Counted from the first letter of the stretch, positions 37,196-56,388 are shown. The stretch is DNA of 64,000 nt from Takakia lepidozioides (GCA_030704615.1 CM060731.1:35402001-35466000); one strand, 5' to 3'. A program made the numbers and translations. Notes: generated by a model not told the origin, from the sequence alone.

Positions 37196-37907
37196 TTGGT
37201 CCTCTCTTTTTTTTCCCTTGTATTTTGCTCACCCAATCTTTTGACATTTATTGCACTTCAGCCTGTCTTTTGGCCAAAGGAGTCTAACTCACCCTCCATC
37301 CCCTCAACTTAAGGGATAACTCTAATATCCTAATAAACATTGACAAGCACATGAGGTATGTCCAATGTCACTTCCGCAATGAGAGATTAGGGGATTGCAG
37401 GAATGTGAGATGGGCTCCTTTGGAGGCATGCTGCAAATGTGAAGTTCCAAGCTATGGAGGCCATTTTCAAGCCCCCTAAAAACACCAAAGCACCCTATGC
37501 CTAATCATGGAAAACCTGGCTTTCCTACCACAAATTTATGATGGCTACAAAAACAGGCATCAAAGCTGAATTTGCTTGTCAAACCAAAAATTGCCTGTTT
37601 TGAAACCCAAGAAAGGAAAAAAGATACCCCCTAAAACACCAAGTCTGGAAAATTGAACAGCAAAATCAGCTGAAATTTGGTGAGCGCATGCAGGTGCCAG
37701 TACACCCACACATACGATTCACTTTCTTGGATGCTTGGTGGTAGGTAGATAGGCTGATTTTAGTAGGATTAGGTAGTAAACTTTTTGGTGTGAAAAAAGT
37801 TAAGGGTTAACTAAACCTTTTGTGCTTTAGGGTTAAGCTCCGTAAGTCAAAGCATCTGGTTGCAGAATCAAATGTCACTCTGGCCCCCAGGACACTAAAC
37901 AGAAAGA

Positions 37908-38272
37908 ATGTACTCAGAAGACTTTGTTCGCACTCCAGTAGTGGGACTTACCTTGATATAAACAATTAAGTTAGTTCGGGCTTTCCAGATATCCTCTAGA
38001 AAGCCCCTCACACATGCATCAATCTGCTGTGTGTGAGCAGCCCATAAGTTAGAACCCAACAGGGCCAGGGCTTTAGCCTCAGCCACGAGAATTTGAAAGT
38101 TGGTGAACAGAGGTGCAGGAACCCTGTTCTTGATGTTCCTGAAGAGGGTCACTCTCTGGTAAGAAAACCCTGGACAATGTATCAGAAAATGGATATTGTC
38201 TTCAGGCTGCCCGCACATTGGGCAATTACTCTCTCCTTTTCCTCTCTGCATCTGTTTTTTGTTCAAAGTAGG
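37908..38272 (-). mobile_element. 5'-truncated copy of the same RTE-X-like LINE, with a 13-bp TSD
   Basis: Encodes CPMCGQPEDNIHFLIHCP..QQIDACVRGFLEDIWK. CTAAACAGAAAGA at 37895-37907 and 38273-38285, abutting a (GA)n run. Confidence 0.9.
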
Positions 38273-38877
38273 CTAAACAGAAAGAGAGAGAGAGACAGAT
38301 GCAGTGGAATTTGGGAGTACTCCTTTATTTTAGAGAGCCATTAAACAAACTGCCTCACTGCTCTGTGCTGTGCTTTAGTTGAAGCGAAGTGCAGGTATAA
38401 GGGTTGCCAAGGAGATCACAACCGACCAAGAGTTGGACTACACCACGATCAAAAAGATAGCTTTCAAGCAAAGCTGCAGAAACATGAAGCTCCCTCAGCT
38501 CCCACCATCGAAGAATGGCTCTATTGAGGGGATGGGGCTGAGAGTCACTATTAATGATCACCTACCCTCATGATTTGAGTACAACACAGTACAGATGCTT
38601 GCTTGCTTGCTTGCTGCAAGTGCTGCTTTTTTCTCATACATGAACAGCATGTGCTGCCTTTATGGTGTAGAACATAGGAACCTTCACAAGCCAAGACCAC
38701 AAGCATCTATGCAGCATGCAAGCACCTCCACTCCTGTATCTAGGATGCTCAGGATAACTCAAATCTAGAAGAGAGGGATATGAAGATGTGAACTATCATC
38801 CACATTGGAGCCTACAAAACTATTATCTCTGAGAATCATTGACTACAAAAAGGCCAGGATCCAGGAAAATCAAAAGT

Positions 38878-40818
38878 CTATGCCGATGCTTTAACTATAA
38901 CTGTGGGAGAGTAGTCAACGACACAGACTTTCTCTAGTGCTGGAAGCAGCTCGTTGGCATAGGCTTGGTGGACGGGGTGCACCAAGTACTCATCACGACC
39001 TTCTGATGAATCAAATGTAGACTGAAAGACGTGTGTATAGCCCTCATGGAAGTTTTCTACACTCACGTCTGTTCCCCTGCACAATTACCACATCCAACTG
39101 ACCCTGGTTAGAAAGTCCAGGATCATGAGCTTGTTGTACAAAACTCTTGACACTCATCAGGAGGAAAAGAGAGAGAGAAAAGTCAGAGAGTGGGGAAGGT
39201 GGCATAGAGAAACAGAACCACCCCATCATTTGGGATTCTCTTAGTGTTCCTCTTTTCTGTTGGGGTGTTAACAGGCACTTCCTGCCAACCAGTATAGTAC
39301 ATGGCTCTAAAAGACTGTGAACATAGCCTTTCTTTTAGTGGGAGCTCCATACCTGCTTGTGTGAGATCGAGGCCGCCACTACATGGCTCTGCTAGGAGCT
39401 GACATTCAGTCTCAATTGGGTGGGTCCCGTAGAGCATTTGCCCTTTACAGCAAGATGGAAATTGCATTTTGGTCCATAATGAGAACCAAATAAACAAAGG
39501 GAAGTGACATATTAGGGGTGCTAAGTAAAATATTGCCCACGTGTAGGCCTTATGAAGATCCAGAATCTCCTAAATGAATCAATGCATTCACAATTAGGGT
39601 CTTTGTATTGTAGAGTTTCAAGTTAGTTCTAGGGATTAAACCCAGACACATCCTGTAGCAACTGTACATAGAAGACATCTCTAATATTCGACACTCCCAC
39701 TGAATTCTTCTATATAGCAACCTTGATAACAAGGTCACCCACTCATGACACGTGCAATTTTTTCGAAAGCAAGAAAGAAACCTTGAGATACAGTTATTTC
39801 AACAGCAGGGATTCCCAGAATTGCAGAAGGAGGAAGAGAGAAGGTCACAACTCAGCAAAAAAAACCTGAAAGCAATACAATTGCAGGAATGGACAAAATA
39901 TCTCATTGCACCCATTCAAAGCAACGGGTTTAGGTTCCAAGTGGCTTACAGAAGTTCTGGACTCACAAATGTACTATAAAGCTTCTACCTCGCTACCAAG
40001 GTATCGCAGTAAATAAACATGACGCTTTAAAGCATCCTGCAAACACCGATTTCAGATTTGAAGGAAAGCAAATCCCCTGCTTATGCTTCCCAACGTTACT
40101 ATGATCTTATCCATAACAATATGTACACCTGGTGAAAGTTAAGGTTTTGTTGTGGGCACAATCAGTCCTGAATCTCCAAGAGCCACTGCCAAGGGAGGTT
40201 TGCAACAACACCTTGGGTGTTTATGTTTAGCAGAACAGGGTGAGCAACTCTGCCCAAGACGTACACCCAAATCGAATACGTTGCCCTGTTCCTCAACAAA
40301 GTGTGCTCAGGGAGGTAGTCTATTACAGTTTCAATAATCGTCTACGACCATCAACATATATCTACTTTCAGTGGCTTCACTACCCAGTCTGATAAATCGT
40401 CTTCTCAACTGAGGTGCTCGTCCTCAGACTGCTGAGTCGATTTCCACTTTCACAACCACCCAAAGTCGAAGTGAGTCACTTAACATCGATCGATCAGACA
40501 CACTGAGGTGCTTCATTTCAACAGATTCAGCCGATTGCAAAGGTCACGACCTTTCTCGAGATATCACAAAGCCGATTGACACTAATATTGCCCACAAGAG
40601 ACTTCCCGCTAAAACATCAGCATTAATTAGCATAGACAATCACACCATGGTTACATCACCGGAACGGCAGAAGGGATGGGGCGGTACCACTCAAAACTCT
40701 TCATGGCATCAATAGAGGAGAGAAGGCTAGCATATCCTTCAATGAGGGCCCGCTGCTGCTCCGGGCTAACATCCGGCTTGAACTTGGCCAGCAATATGTG
40801 CTTCACCATGCCCACCAT
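38878..40818 (-). CDS. Stress-responsive A/B barrel (Dabb, HS1/SP1-like) protein, join(complement 40688..40818, 38878..39076), 109 aa
   Basis: MVGMVKHILLAKFKPDVSPEQ..MKSFEW|GTDVSVENFHEGYTHVFQSTFDS.EGRDEYLVHPVH..VVDY, with a phase-2 GT-AG intron in the Trp codon. Confidence 0.92.
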
Positions 40819-41196
40819 CGCTGCCACCTTCGATTCTTCTCCTGCCCCTTCCTTCCTCCTTCCCGAATCTCACCCTTCGTCTCTTCTCTGTTCATCCACA
40901 CTTGCGACCAGCCAGGGGCTAAATTCTTCATCATATTGTTGATTCTTTGTCATGCAGGTATCATACTGTTGATATTGGGAATCTACGTCCATCCAAAGTC
41001 TATCCCACCCCAAACTGAGGGTGGGTGGGTGGGTGGGGGGGTAGGCAGAGGAAGATGGAGGCAGGGAAAGGTCCAGGGAGAGAGAGATAGGGGGGTGAAG
41101 GAAGGGACGAGAGAGAGAGAGGGTGAGAGAGAGGAGCTACTTACAAGGGTGGTGGTAGCGGAGGAGGCGAGGTCTGTGGGAGGGGGAGTGCGGGAG

Positions 41197-42429
41197 ATGG
41201 TAGGAGCAAGTGGGTTACCCTTGAATTCTGGGCTACACCCGCTGCTGCAACATACTCACCAGCAAGCTCAGCCGTCGAGTCCCGATGCGGAACTCAGCCA
41301 GGAGGAAGACGATGAGTTGCAGGTTCTTGGGCCGGATATGCTCACCTCGGCAATCCGAGAGAGGAACCCTAGAAAGCGGCGAAGAAGGAGGGCTGATGTG
41401 GCCCAGTGGACAGATCCTGCTGTGAAGATCCTCATCGGAGTTCTTAGATTGCTGCGCCATAACCCAATGTACGAGGACGATGTTGACAGGACGGGGTCCT
41501 CCCCTTTCAAGCCTGCTGGTGGTTCCAACAAGCAGATTTGGAAGTCGGTTGCCAAGGCATTGCAGCTGAAATGCCACAAGTTTGACGCTGGCCAGTGTAA
41601 GACAAAGTTCAAGGGTTTGAAGGCCGAGTATCACAGCACAGTGGAGGCTCTGGGGATCACTGGAGGGTCGCATGCAGTTGTCCCTGAAAATTGGGAAGAA
41701 TTGCCTGGCTTGTCTGACGAACAGCGAGAAAAAGCTCGAAAGTTTAAGTTCTTTGCAGACATGAGGGGGTATTTCAGCGGAGCCCCAGTGCTAGATGCGG
41801 AATCTTTGTTCGATGGCGAGAAGCCTGATGAGTTTCTAAGAAACTTGCATCGGAGGGAGGATTCAGATAAAGAAGACAGTTATCTTGACAAGACACTCAC
41901 ACTCACCATCGATTCTGAGGCTACCGGACGGAGGGGTGAAGGTAAATTGCTCAAGAGAAAACCCAGTGGCAGGCTTCCCACTCTCATCTTGACTAAGATC
42001 CCACCTCCACCTCCCCCCCAACCCACCGTGTGGCCCATGCCCGGTTCAGCAGATGATGGCATTTCGGGTGCTGAGCCGAACTTGCCACAGGACCATTACA
42101 ATCTTGACGAGTCAATGAAGAGGGATCTATGCTCCAAAAGGATGGAATCTTTGCTGGAGAAAGAGACAAGGCTCAAGGAAGAGTACCGAGCAAAAAAGCT
42201 ACATATAGAGGAGCGACGATTGCTGCTAGCTGAGAAGAATGTCCAGGTTGAGGCCTTGAAAGCTGCAAATGAAAAGCAGCGGCTGGAGAATCAAGCACGG
42301 AAGCTCGAGTTGGAGGAACGACGGTTGAAACATCAAGAAGATCAGTTATCCTCCTCTTCAACAATGTTGAACCTGCTGGCAACTCTCATGTCTAAAAACA
42401 TTCCAGTGAGTCCTTCTATGCAGCCTTGA
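41197..42429 (+). CDS. Intronless trihelix (Myb/SANT-like, GT-gamma-like) DNA-binding protein with a C-terminal coiled coil
   Basis: WTDPAVKILI...KQIWKSVAKAL...AGQCKTKFKGLKAEY motif followed by an E/K/R/L-rich heptad tail. ATG 41197 is the likely start; the upstream GTG-initiated extension overlaps the Dabb promoter. Confidence 0.8.
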   Translation: MVGASGLPLNSGLHPLLQHTHQQAQPSSPDAELSQEEDDELQVLGPDMLTSAIRERNPRKRRRRRADVAQWTDPAVKILIGVLRLLRHNPMYEDDVDRTGSSPFKPAGGSNKQIWKSVAKALQLKCHKFDAGQCKTKFKGLKAEYHSTVEALGITGGSHAVVPENWEELPGLSDEQREKARKFKFFADMRGYFSGAPVLDAESLFDGEKPDEFLRNLHRREDSDKEDSYLDKTLTLTIDSEATGRRGEGKLLKRKPSGRLPTLILTKIPPPPPPQPTVWPMPGSADDGISGAEPNLPQDHYNLDESMKRDLCSKRMESLLEKETRLKEEYRAKKLHIEERRLLLAEKNVQVEALKAANEKQRLENQARKLELEERRLKHQEDQLSSSSTMLNLLATLMSKNIPVSPSMQP

Positions 42430-43689
42430 CTTGAAAGCTTCTTCTGAAACAAGAAAACTACAGCAAGTAACTGTTGTCTCAGTTAGTGTACAGTGCATCT
42501 ACATGCAGCCGTCTGTGGTAGATGGTGTTTTGTAGATAGAGCCCTTTTTTATAGAATCTGGGAGCTTTTGTCTCAGGAAGTGGAGACTAGATGCACACTT
42601 GTCTTGTTTCTTCAATGCGGGAGTGGTGCATGTGCAACATTCTTGGAGCATGTGATATCTAGCATGAATAAAGACAGCAAACACTTGAATTGAACTTCAG
42701 CGAAATGTGGTGTACAAGTGCCAGCTTTCTGTGAGCACCATGACTATTTTGAAGAGACTAAGATACAGATCCACCAGATGAGGAGACTCGACAAGGCCAT
42801 ATACATTGTAGGGAATCATTGAAAGGCTACTCTGGGCCATTGAACCAGACTCTACTGAAGAGCAGAACTAAGAATCACGAATCCATCTGCCTAATTCTCC
42901 TTGCAATTGAAACAAGAACCCTTTAATGCCCTGACAAATAGTCATTAAAGTAATGGGTCAAAATGGGTCAAAAATTTATAGCGGTGGTGCTGCCTATATC
43001 CACACATAACATCCTTAACGTGTAGAATAATGTTGTAGAAGTCCCCTTTCACCAAATGCAATGAGCAGAGGCCAACAATAACTCGTCTTTCTCCAGATCC
43101 TACAGGCAGGAAGCCCAAATAATGTGGCTCAGATATTCTATCCCTCCATGACAGCTACCTCTGCTAATGCTGTTGTGGTTCTGGGGTGCATATCATCCCC
43201 TAAGCCACCTCCCCACCCCCTTAGGTGATCTACCAGGATTATTTAGCACATCTTGAAGAGCACCAGGTGTATGTGTGTATCAAGGAGAGGGGAGAAGAGA
43301 GGAGTAGAGTACTGGGACACCCAAATGACAGCAGTTTGTGTAACCATGTTCTACGTGGGTCCAAGACCACCAGTTTTTGCTATCAGCGGTATTGAGTTTG
43401 TGCAACACCTCAACATCCTTTGTAACTTCAAAACTTTAGAGAAAAGGAACTTTTCACATCTCATTCAGTGAGCTGCATGGATATGGGGGCTGCCTACCTG
43501 TGACCCTAAAAGGAAATATGTTCTTCTAGCAAGGACAAACCAAAAGGGAGTATAGAGAGGTTGAAAAAGTGGAGGGTAAGTGGGCGAGGGGGGGTCACGG
43601 CCTGTGGGAGACCCTCCACCATTGTGGACGAGGGTGGGGGCTGCTTGGGGGTGGGGATGTGGGCAAAAGACCTTCTCAGCCGGCCACAA

Positions 43690-49663
<5,974 letters not shown>

Positions 49664-50734
49664 CACAGCCCTGTCCTAATACCTGTCCAACCCCTTCTAG
49701 ACCACAATGTTGATCTAGACACAACCAGGGCCCTTAGGGCAAAAACTCCCCCGCGTCAAGATTGTGATCCTCAACTTTTCTCACTAATAACACCGACAAA
49801 GTTGTCATCCAAGCAGAAACGACGGATATCCCCAGCCAGAATCTTATAAATAGGCATGCATGTATGCCAAACGCGTCCGCCAATTCCCTACCTATGTTGC
49901 GTGCAGATCTAGTTTCATTTCTTCATTCTGCTCAGGCAACCTAAACCCCGGTGCGATCCGCTCATTTTGAAGTACTGACAAGACGAGTTCCGTTTCTGCA
50001 TGGTTAGCGCAACACTAAAACAAAGCTACAGCCCTGCTGCAATCCCCCAATCCGGTTCCCCCCCTACCTCACCACGCAAGGCTTGGTGCCTGTGTGCGTG
50101 CATCTCTCTCACACTCTCCACCGCTCTCACAGCCCCAAACAAAAATCCCTCTACAAATCTAGCAACAAACCCCAAGTACTCGCCAAAGATTGTGAAGCAG
50201 ATGAATCCCCGGCTGTAGCAGCGGTGCGTGCGTGTGTGATTGTGCGTTAGGGCTACAACGTCGCTCGCAACAGACAAGCCTCGGCAGCGCTGCGTCCATC
50301 GCCCGCGGGCCGGTTACGCCACCTCGCCCGCGGAGGCGGCCCACCCACCGGCCACGCCAGTCACCGGTCACTGCTGGTAATTTCTCAATGCGATACTAGC
50401 CACATTGCACTCCTCTCCCTCCTCCTTATCTTTTTTCTAAGGAAAGGGGAGGAAGCCCGTTAACTTAGCTCATTTGATTATTGTAGGGAAAAAAAATCAT
50501 TTTTCTCTTAAAAAACAGCTTGACTTTGGTTCTGTTGTTTAAGTGGTGTTTATGCCCTCTGTTGGGCTGCCACTTATTCATAGATCCCTGGCTTTTGGTC
50601 CTCTGCTGGCTGGTAAGCTTAGTTTAGAAGTTTGCAGGGTGTTGTCTTTCTCTGGTTCTCCTTGCTGCTTTTCAAACAGCCTCTTGTTTTTGGTGGCACA
50701 TTTTAGGTTCGTCCTTGCCTGCCTTGTACCTTAA

Positions 50735-51765
50735 GCTCCATCTCTTATCCCCCTTAGCTTTGGACTTGAGGCTCTGAGTGGTATCTCTGTTCTCAGCCTT
50801 ATGGTTTTTGTAAGGTTATTTTTTCCTAACCTAATAAAATTTCTAAGCTTAATCAAATATTAACTTTAGAATTGAGGTAAGAAATAAAACCCTCAACGAG
50901 TCATAGAGGCAAATACACAACAGAACAAACCCGTGACACCTGAGTCCCTTTCTAGATGGAGTAATAGATAAATAAGTACGTTCTGCTTTTTTATTTTTGG
51001 TGTGTGCCTTATGGTGTACTTGGTGTAATAACAGAAGGAGAAACCAGCTCGTTGTAGCATTTGACAGCTCGTGGGGTAGGGGAGGGTTCTTTTGCAGACG
51101 GATTTCAGAGTCAAGAGTTCAGTGGTTTGAAGACCTCCCACCCTGCTGGCAGCTCCGTAGGAGCCAAACGGTGCCCCCTCGAATCTGAAGGAGAAGTGAA
51201 TTGGAGGCACAAAAGAAGTCTTAGAACGGCAAAATCTAAGGCGCAGTTATCATTTGAGAATCCCAAAAGGAAGCGGGGTTCCTCTTGATTACGAGAAGGA
51301 TTCTAGTTCCCTGCCTTCCTTTTTGGAAGATTTGATCATTTCTTTGGTCGGTCAGGCTGGGGCAGGGTTGATCTATGCTTCTTGCTCTCCTCCCTGCTGC
51401 TAGGGTTATTGGTTACATTTTCTTTCTTGCCATAGTTGTCTGCTGCTAGTGCTACAATATGGTGTAGTTAGTTTATGGCTCCAGCTCAGGCCCTGCCGAT
51501 GGAGTGGAGCTCCCCACAGAAGTTGATGCTTGGCTCTTCTGCCATGCCTTAGCTTTGTCCACTTTATCTCCCCCCTCTCTTTAGATCTGCAGGCTCAGAG
51601 TGGTATCTCAGTCATCAGCCTTATGGCTCTCTGTAAGGTTATTTTTTCCTTACCTCCTTTTTAATAAATTTACATGGCTACTATCCCCATGTTCTAAATT
51701 TTTTTTGTTTAAAAAAAATCAAATAAAGTTCTAAAGGGCTTCCTCCCCTTTTATGCAAAAAAAAC
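50735..51765 (+). repeat. Two ~110-bp direct repeats (~50750-50845 and ~51547-51670) resembling retroelement 3' tails
   Basis: aggctc(t/a)gagtggtatctc..cagccttatgg..tgtaaggttatttttcct..aataaa is present twice. GGGCTTCCTCCCCTTT plus an A-run at ~51737 also occurs inverted at ~50432-50458. Confidence 0.6.
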
Positions 51766-54700
51766 AAGCTGCTCCGCCACAAGAGGCTCTGTCCTTGCTC
51801 TTTCCTTAGGTGAATTTTGGGGTTGTTGTTTTATACTTTTTCCACGGCTTCATGAATCATGCCCATCAACCCTCCATAGACTAGGCTTGATGGATAAGCC
51901 TAGTTCTCCGTTCTCCGCCTAGGCAAGATGTCTCCACAATGCCTCTATCCCTTGCCGCTGCCGTGCCCCTGTGTGGGATTGTTCTTGACGGTATGTATGG
52001 GCGTTGATAGTCCTATAGGTCTCATGGCCCATAAATGAAAGGGGGTTAAATTTTCCCCCTCCTCAAGGGGCCTGAATTGCAGGCTGTCGCTCCCAGGTTT
52101 CCTTTTCAAAATAATAATAAATATATAAATAAAATAAAATAAAATAAATCGTATTAAAGAGAGCGAAAAGGGCCTACTAGCCAGTGCTGGCAAGGGATAA
52201 GGCATGGAAGGAATTACTAATTTATTCGGTAGTCCGTCCCTATTTACTAAGGTTTCCTTTCTGTTTGTCCCCCCATGTCAATGATGTTTCTTTTTGTTTT
52301 TTTTTCCGGAGAATGGGGATTGGAGCCCAAATTATGTTCAGGAGGTGGAAAATTAACCTCCTAGGCTTACAGTGGGGATAATGGTGTTTTGACTTTTGAT
52401 GTGTTATATCTAATTTTAGATGATTTTGATGATATGATTTACTAAGATAAACTATTTGCATCATCATGAATTGAAATGAAATGACCAGATCATAGTCAAA
52501 CCAGAACGGAGTGAGTAATGTAGTCCGGATCAAACTAGATCTTGTGACGGCGCTCCGTTGCGTAACTAGAAATGTTGACTACGACGGTTGTTTGTAACAG
52601 AAACTGGAGGCAGGTGACAAACCATAAGACCCAGTCCCCCAACAAGATGCGGATTAAGAACCTTATTGGCTCCTTGAGCTGCTCCATGGGGAAGAACTGC
52701 TCCATGGGGAAGACTCTGGGGGGAAGACTGGGCCGCACAAACTAGAGGTGGACGGAGGGGCACCCAACAATGGCCATGGTAGAGCTTCCGGGAAAGAGCA
52801 GGCATGTTTTGTTGGCTCGTCACAAGGATATGACAAAACCAGTTTGATCTTTCCCCAAGTAACACTCCTTGGTTCGACAAGTGATGAATACTGGATGAAA
52901 AAATGACAAGCACATATAATTGTATAACTTCTTAAACTCATTATAGATGAAATTCAAATGGAGGCGCAGCTGTGTAACTAACCACCACCTTTTTTTAGTT
53001 TTTAATAATACACATTTCCTCCTTAGAATGGAGGTTAGGTTATTTTACGAGCAGCCGCCCATGAGTACGTGGAGTATTCTATCTAGAAACACTCTCATAC
53101 TTACCATCCTAAAATAATGCCCTTACGAAACAAAATCTGGTCACAAAGAAGAAAAACAAAACAATTTGAAAAAGTGGCGTTCAAAAACAGGGATAAAACG
53201 TAACCAAGGTTGGATGATATCCATCGTACTGATGAACGTCACCAAGAAATTGATGAATAATTTCACTAGCGAAATGTGTGTTCCTGCCATCACACCATAA
53301 GTCATATTTTGGCCCGGGAATTGCATGTTTTACAAGTTTGGTATATCCACCTGGAAGTCGTTTTATTTGGTATCCCCCTTTTTTTTTTTTTTTTTTCTTT
53401 TTTTTTGGTTAACAGGGGTATCCCCCTTTTAGTCACTAAAATGCATTGTGACAAGAAAGAATAATTAATGAAAAAGAGGAGGAGAAAAAGAAAAAGAAAA
53501 GTGAGGGTGTGCGGTTCTGAAGATGGTGACCGGCTGAGGAGGGCGAAGGAGACCGGAGGAGGGCGGTACGTGCGAAGGGGCGACCGGAGGGGAAAGAGGG
53601 ACGTTGACCTGGTAGGTGGCGTGGTGGACGATAAAGCGGTCGTGGAGTATACTTAGCCAGAGCTCGCCAGCGCAGCTTCGCCGCAGTTTCGAGACGTTTA
53701 CCGAGCAAATATGGAGGGAATTTTGGTATGAAACCGCACGCATCCGAATCGCCATCCACTTTCGCCGGCGGCGAGACAATGAATGAAATCGCAACGATCG
53801 GGGATGTCATTCGTTGCGATAGGGTTGAGGTGCTCGAGTTAATAGAGATAATAAATGAGGCAGGAAGGTGATGAACGAGGACTGATCGACAGCCAAGAGT
53901 GCGTGCTTTGTCAATGCCCGGACAACTCGATCGTTGCGTATTCGAGCTGGCTGCCTGACACCCTCTTGCTGCTTTGCTTGCTCTGCTTGCTTGCCACAAC
54001 AGCTCATCACAATCATCCACACCAGACCGGAGATGAACTGCATCTCTGGCTTGCCTTCATTGATCGGACATGTCCTTGCCAAGAAACTCCTGGTGCTGAC
54101 AAGCCCCGCACATTGATGTGCGAAAAGGTACGTACGCTACCGATTTGAAGTTATAGAATGGTGTCGTGGCTCATTTTCCTTGCAAATATGTATCAAAAGG
54201 AGGATATGTATGTACTAACGTACTAACTACAAATTCGGGGTCATATGTTGTGCAGTGTTTGCGAGGTCTGTAAGAGCACCTGATGACAATGAGGAAGATA
54301 ACATCTTCCAAGTTACATATTAACCGGATCTAACCAGATGAGTCCGACATAAGTTCAAATCCATTTGCATTTGTTTTCAACTGAAAGAAAATATCTCCAC
54401 ATTAGAAACTTATAAGACTATTACTGAATCCTGATGTATTTCATTTGGGGAAGGCTAAGTTCATTATGGAAAGCATCGGAATCTAGGTCTAAAAAAGTTT
54501 ATAAGAGTTGCTTTTTGTCGGTTTCATTCTCTATTGCCTTGGTGTTGAAGCTCTGCATGAGTTTCTTGGTGGGATCCGAATACCAACCGCTTCAAATTCA
54601 TTTCATTACGTTACCAAGCTGATGATGACAAAGCAAACCAAAGCAAAGAAAGGAAAGTGATCGGAACCTTGACATGTTTTATTGGTGTATCCTCTGACCC

Positions 54701-56388
54701 GTTTCCCTATACAAGAAGTCTCCACGTCCCTCGTTCACGTCCTTCCCTTGCGTAAACAACTGCTGGGAACTTTCCGACACGTGTGATGGAAACGGAGCCG
54801 GGTACCTTACAGAACAGAAAGATTCCTTGCCAGGACCCTGAAGCCCAGGAAACAGGAAACCCCTGCTTAGGGAAGAGTGCTGAAAATGCAAAGGAAAATT
54901 CCCGGCGGTTCTTCACCTACCTACATGGAGATGAGCTGATCCATCTGCAATTCCAAAGTCCTCCTTCCTGAACCGAACCCCAGTGTTTACTTAGTAAAGT
55001 TGGCTGGACACTAAACAGACTTAAGCAGTTTTTGTTTTAGAAGACCTTTTTTGAAAAATTTGCATTGAATTCAAGACTCTGTGGAACAGAACCCACACAG
55101 CACCAGGGCTTCCTACAGCTGCTGAAGATGAATGTCTGCAAATCACAACAGTCGTTCCCACTTGTGCACAGTATCAGTCTCATTGGATTACTATGATGAT
55201 TTCAGACCAGCTTGCTTGTGGTGGTTACAATGTCATGCTCTGAATGCTACAACATTGAGAAAGCCTCAATAAAGTTGGGGCAGAGATTGGAAAGAATGGG
55301 TTGCAGCGGCCAGTAGGTCTCATGGTTTTTGTGACAACCTTATTTGCAGATGAAATGGTCCTGGGAGAGCCTGTGTGGAGGAGCAAGACCGCTTTTAGTT
55401 AGAACTACAAAATATTAGGTGCTTTTATATTCTTGAATCGTGGTAGCCTGTACACGCAACAATATGGACAAAGGTTTCAACTGCAATCCATTTCACAATG
55501 GCATAAAAAAGGCACCTGCCGCGTTCACATGTCCAGGCAGGGGTTATCGCAATTGATTTCTAGAAAAGGTAAGGTCCATGCAGTAAGGGTGATCTGAAAA
55601 ACTAGTGGACGTAATCCTGTGTTTCGAAGCCTTCAGTCAATGGATCCTGTGTACATTACTGGCCATGGACATGGCAACACCGAGAAAATGAAAGTGAAGT
55701 CTTCCATCAAGTAACTAAATAAGACCGACTGGCTATAGTGCTTTGTAACAAGGAAGATTCACATGCATAAAGCCACTAGCTCCCTGATTGAGCAAGGAAA
55801 CAAGAACTGGGACAGAGTCTCTTACCTTGCACTGTAGTAGTCATAGCGCTTGATGAATCATATCTCACCACTGCCACCTGCAAGATGATATTCAAACCAC
55901 AAACATAGGTCTTTGAAACCACTATCCTGCAGGGAAATAGAGTCACTGTTTTCCAGCATATTTCACCACGGCTCCCCTGAGCTATGGCAGTTTTCATTTC
56001 TGGCAATACCCTTTAACCAAGACATGCCACATACCAACGAACAGTCACATATTGCTTGCCCGAATGAAAAATCATTGGCCCCTCCAATTCAATCGTGACA
56101 CATTCTCCGGTTAAACAAAAAGTCACCGCTGGGAGGCCTTCTTTATAAATACAAGGGAAGAGCTTGAGAAGGCCCTAGCAGCCAATCATGGCAGACCTAC
56201 CACCCCAGCCCCCTAAAAACCCCCTCCTGAAAGCATGCAAAGCGTAACCAAGGCCTCCTAGAGACTCATGTAACAGGGCCTCAAACTCTCTTCCAAGTTC
56301 AACCCTAAGCACCAGCCAAAACGGTTGGGATCAGGCATGACCACTACACAACTGTTTTGCTGGTCTTATGATCTATTTCTGCACTATT

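Noticed and set aside
40798-41196. N-terminal 133 aa of the 543-aa ORF, including a hydrophobic stretch
   Set aside because: GTG start, overlaps the Dabb start and a GA-rich promoter region; ATG 41197 is the more plausible start.
52535-52941. Short ORFs with SSPWSSS repeats as a secreted peptide precursor
   Set aside because: They derive from a small tandem duplication (gctccatggggaaga) and show no convincing signal peptide or known peptide motif.
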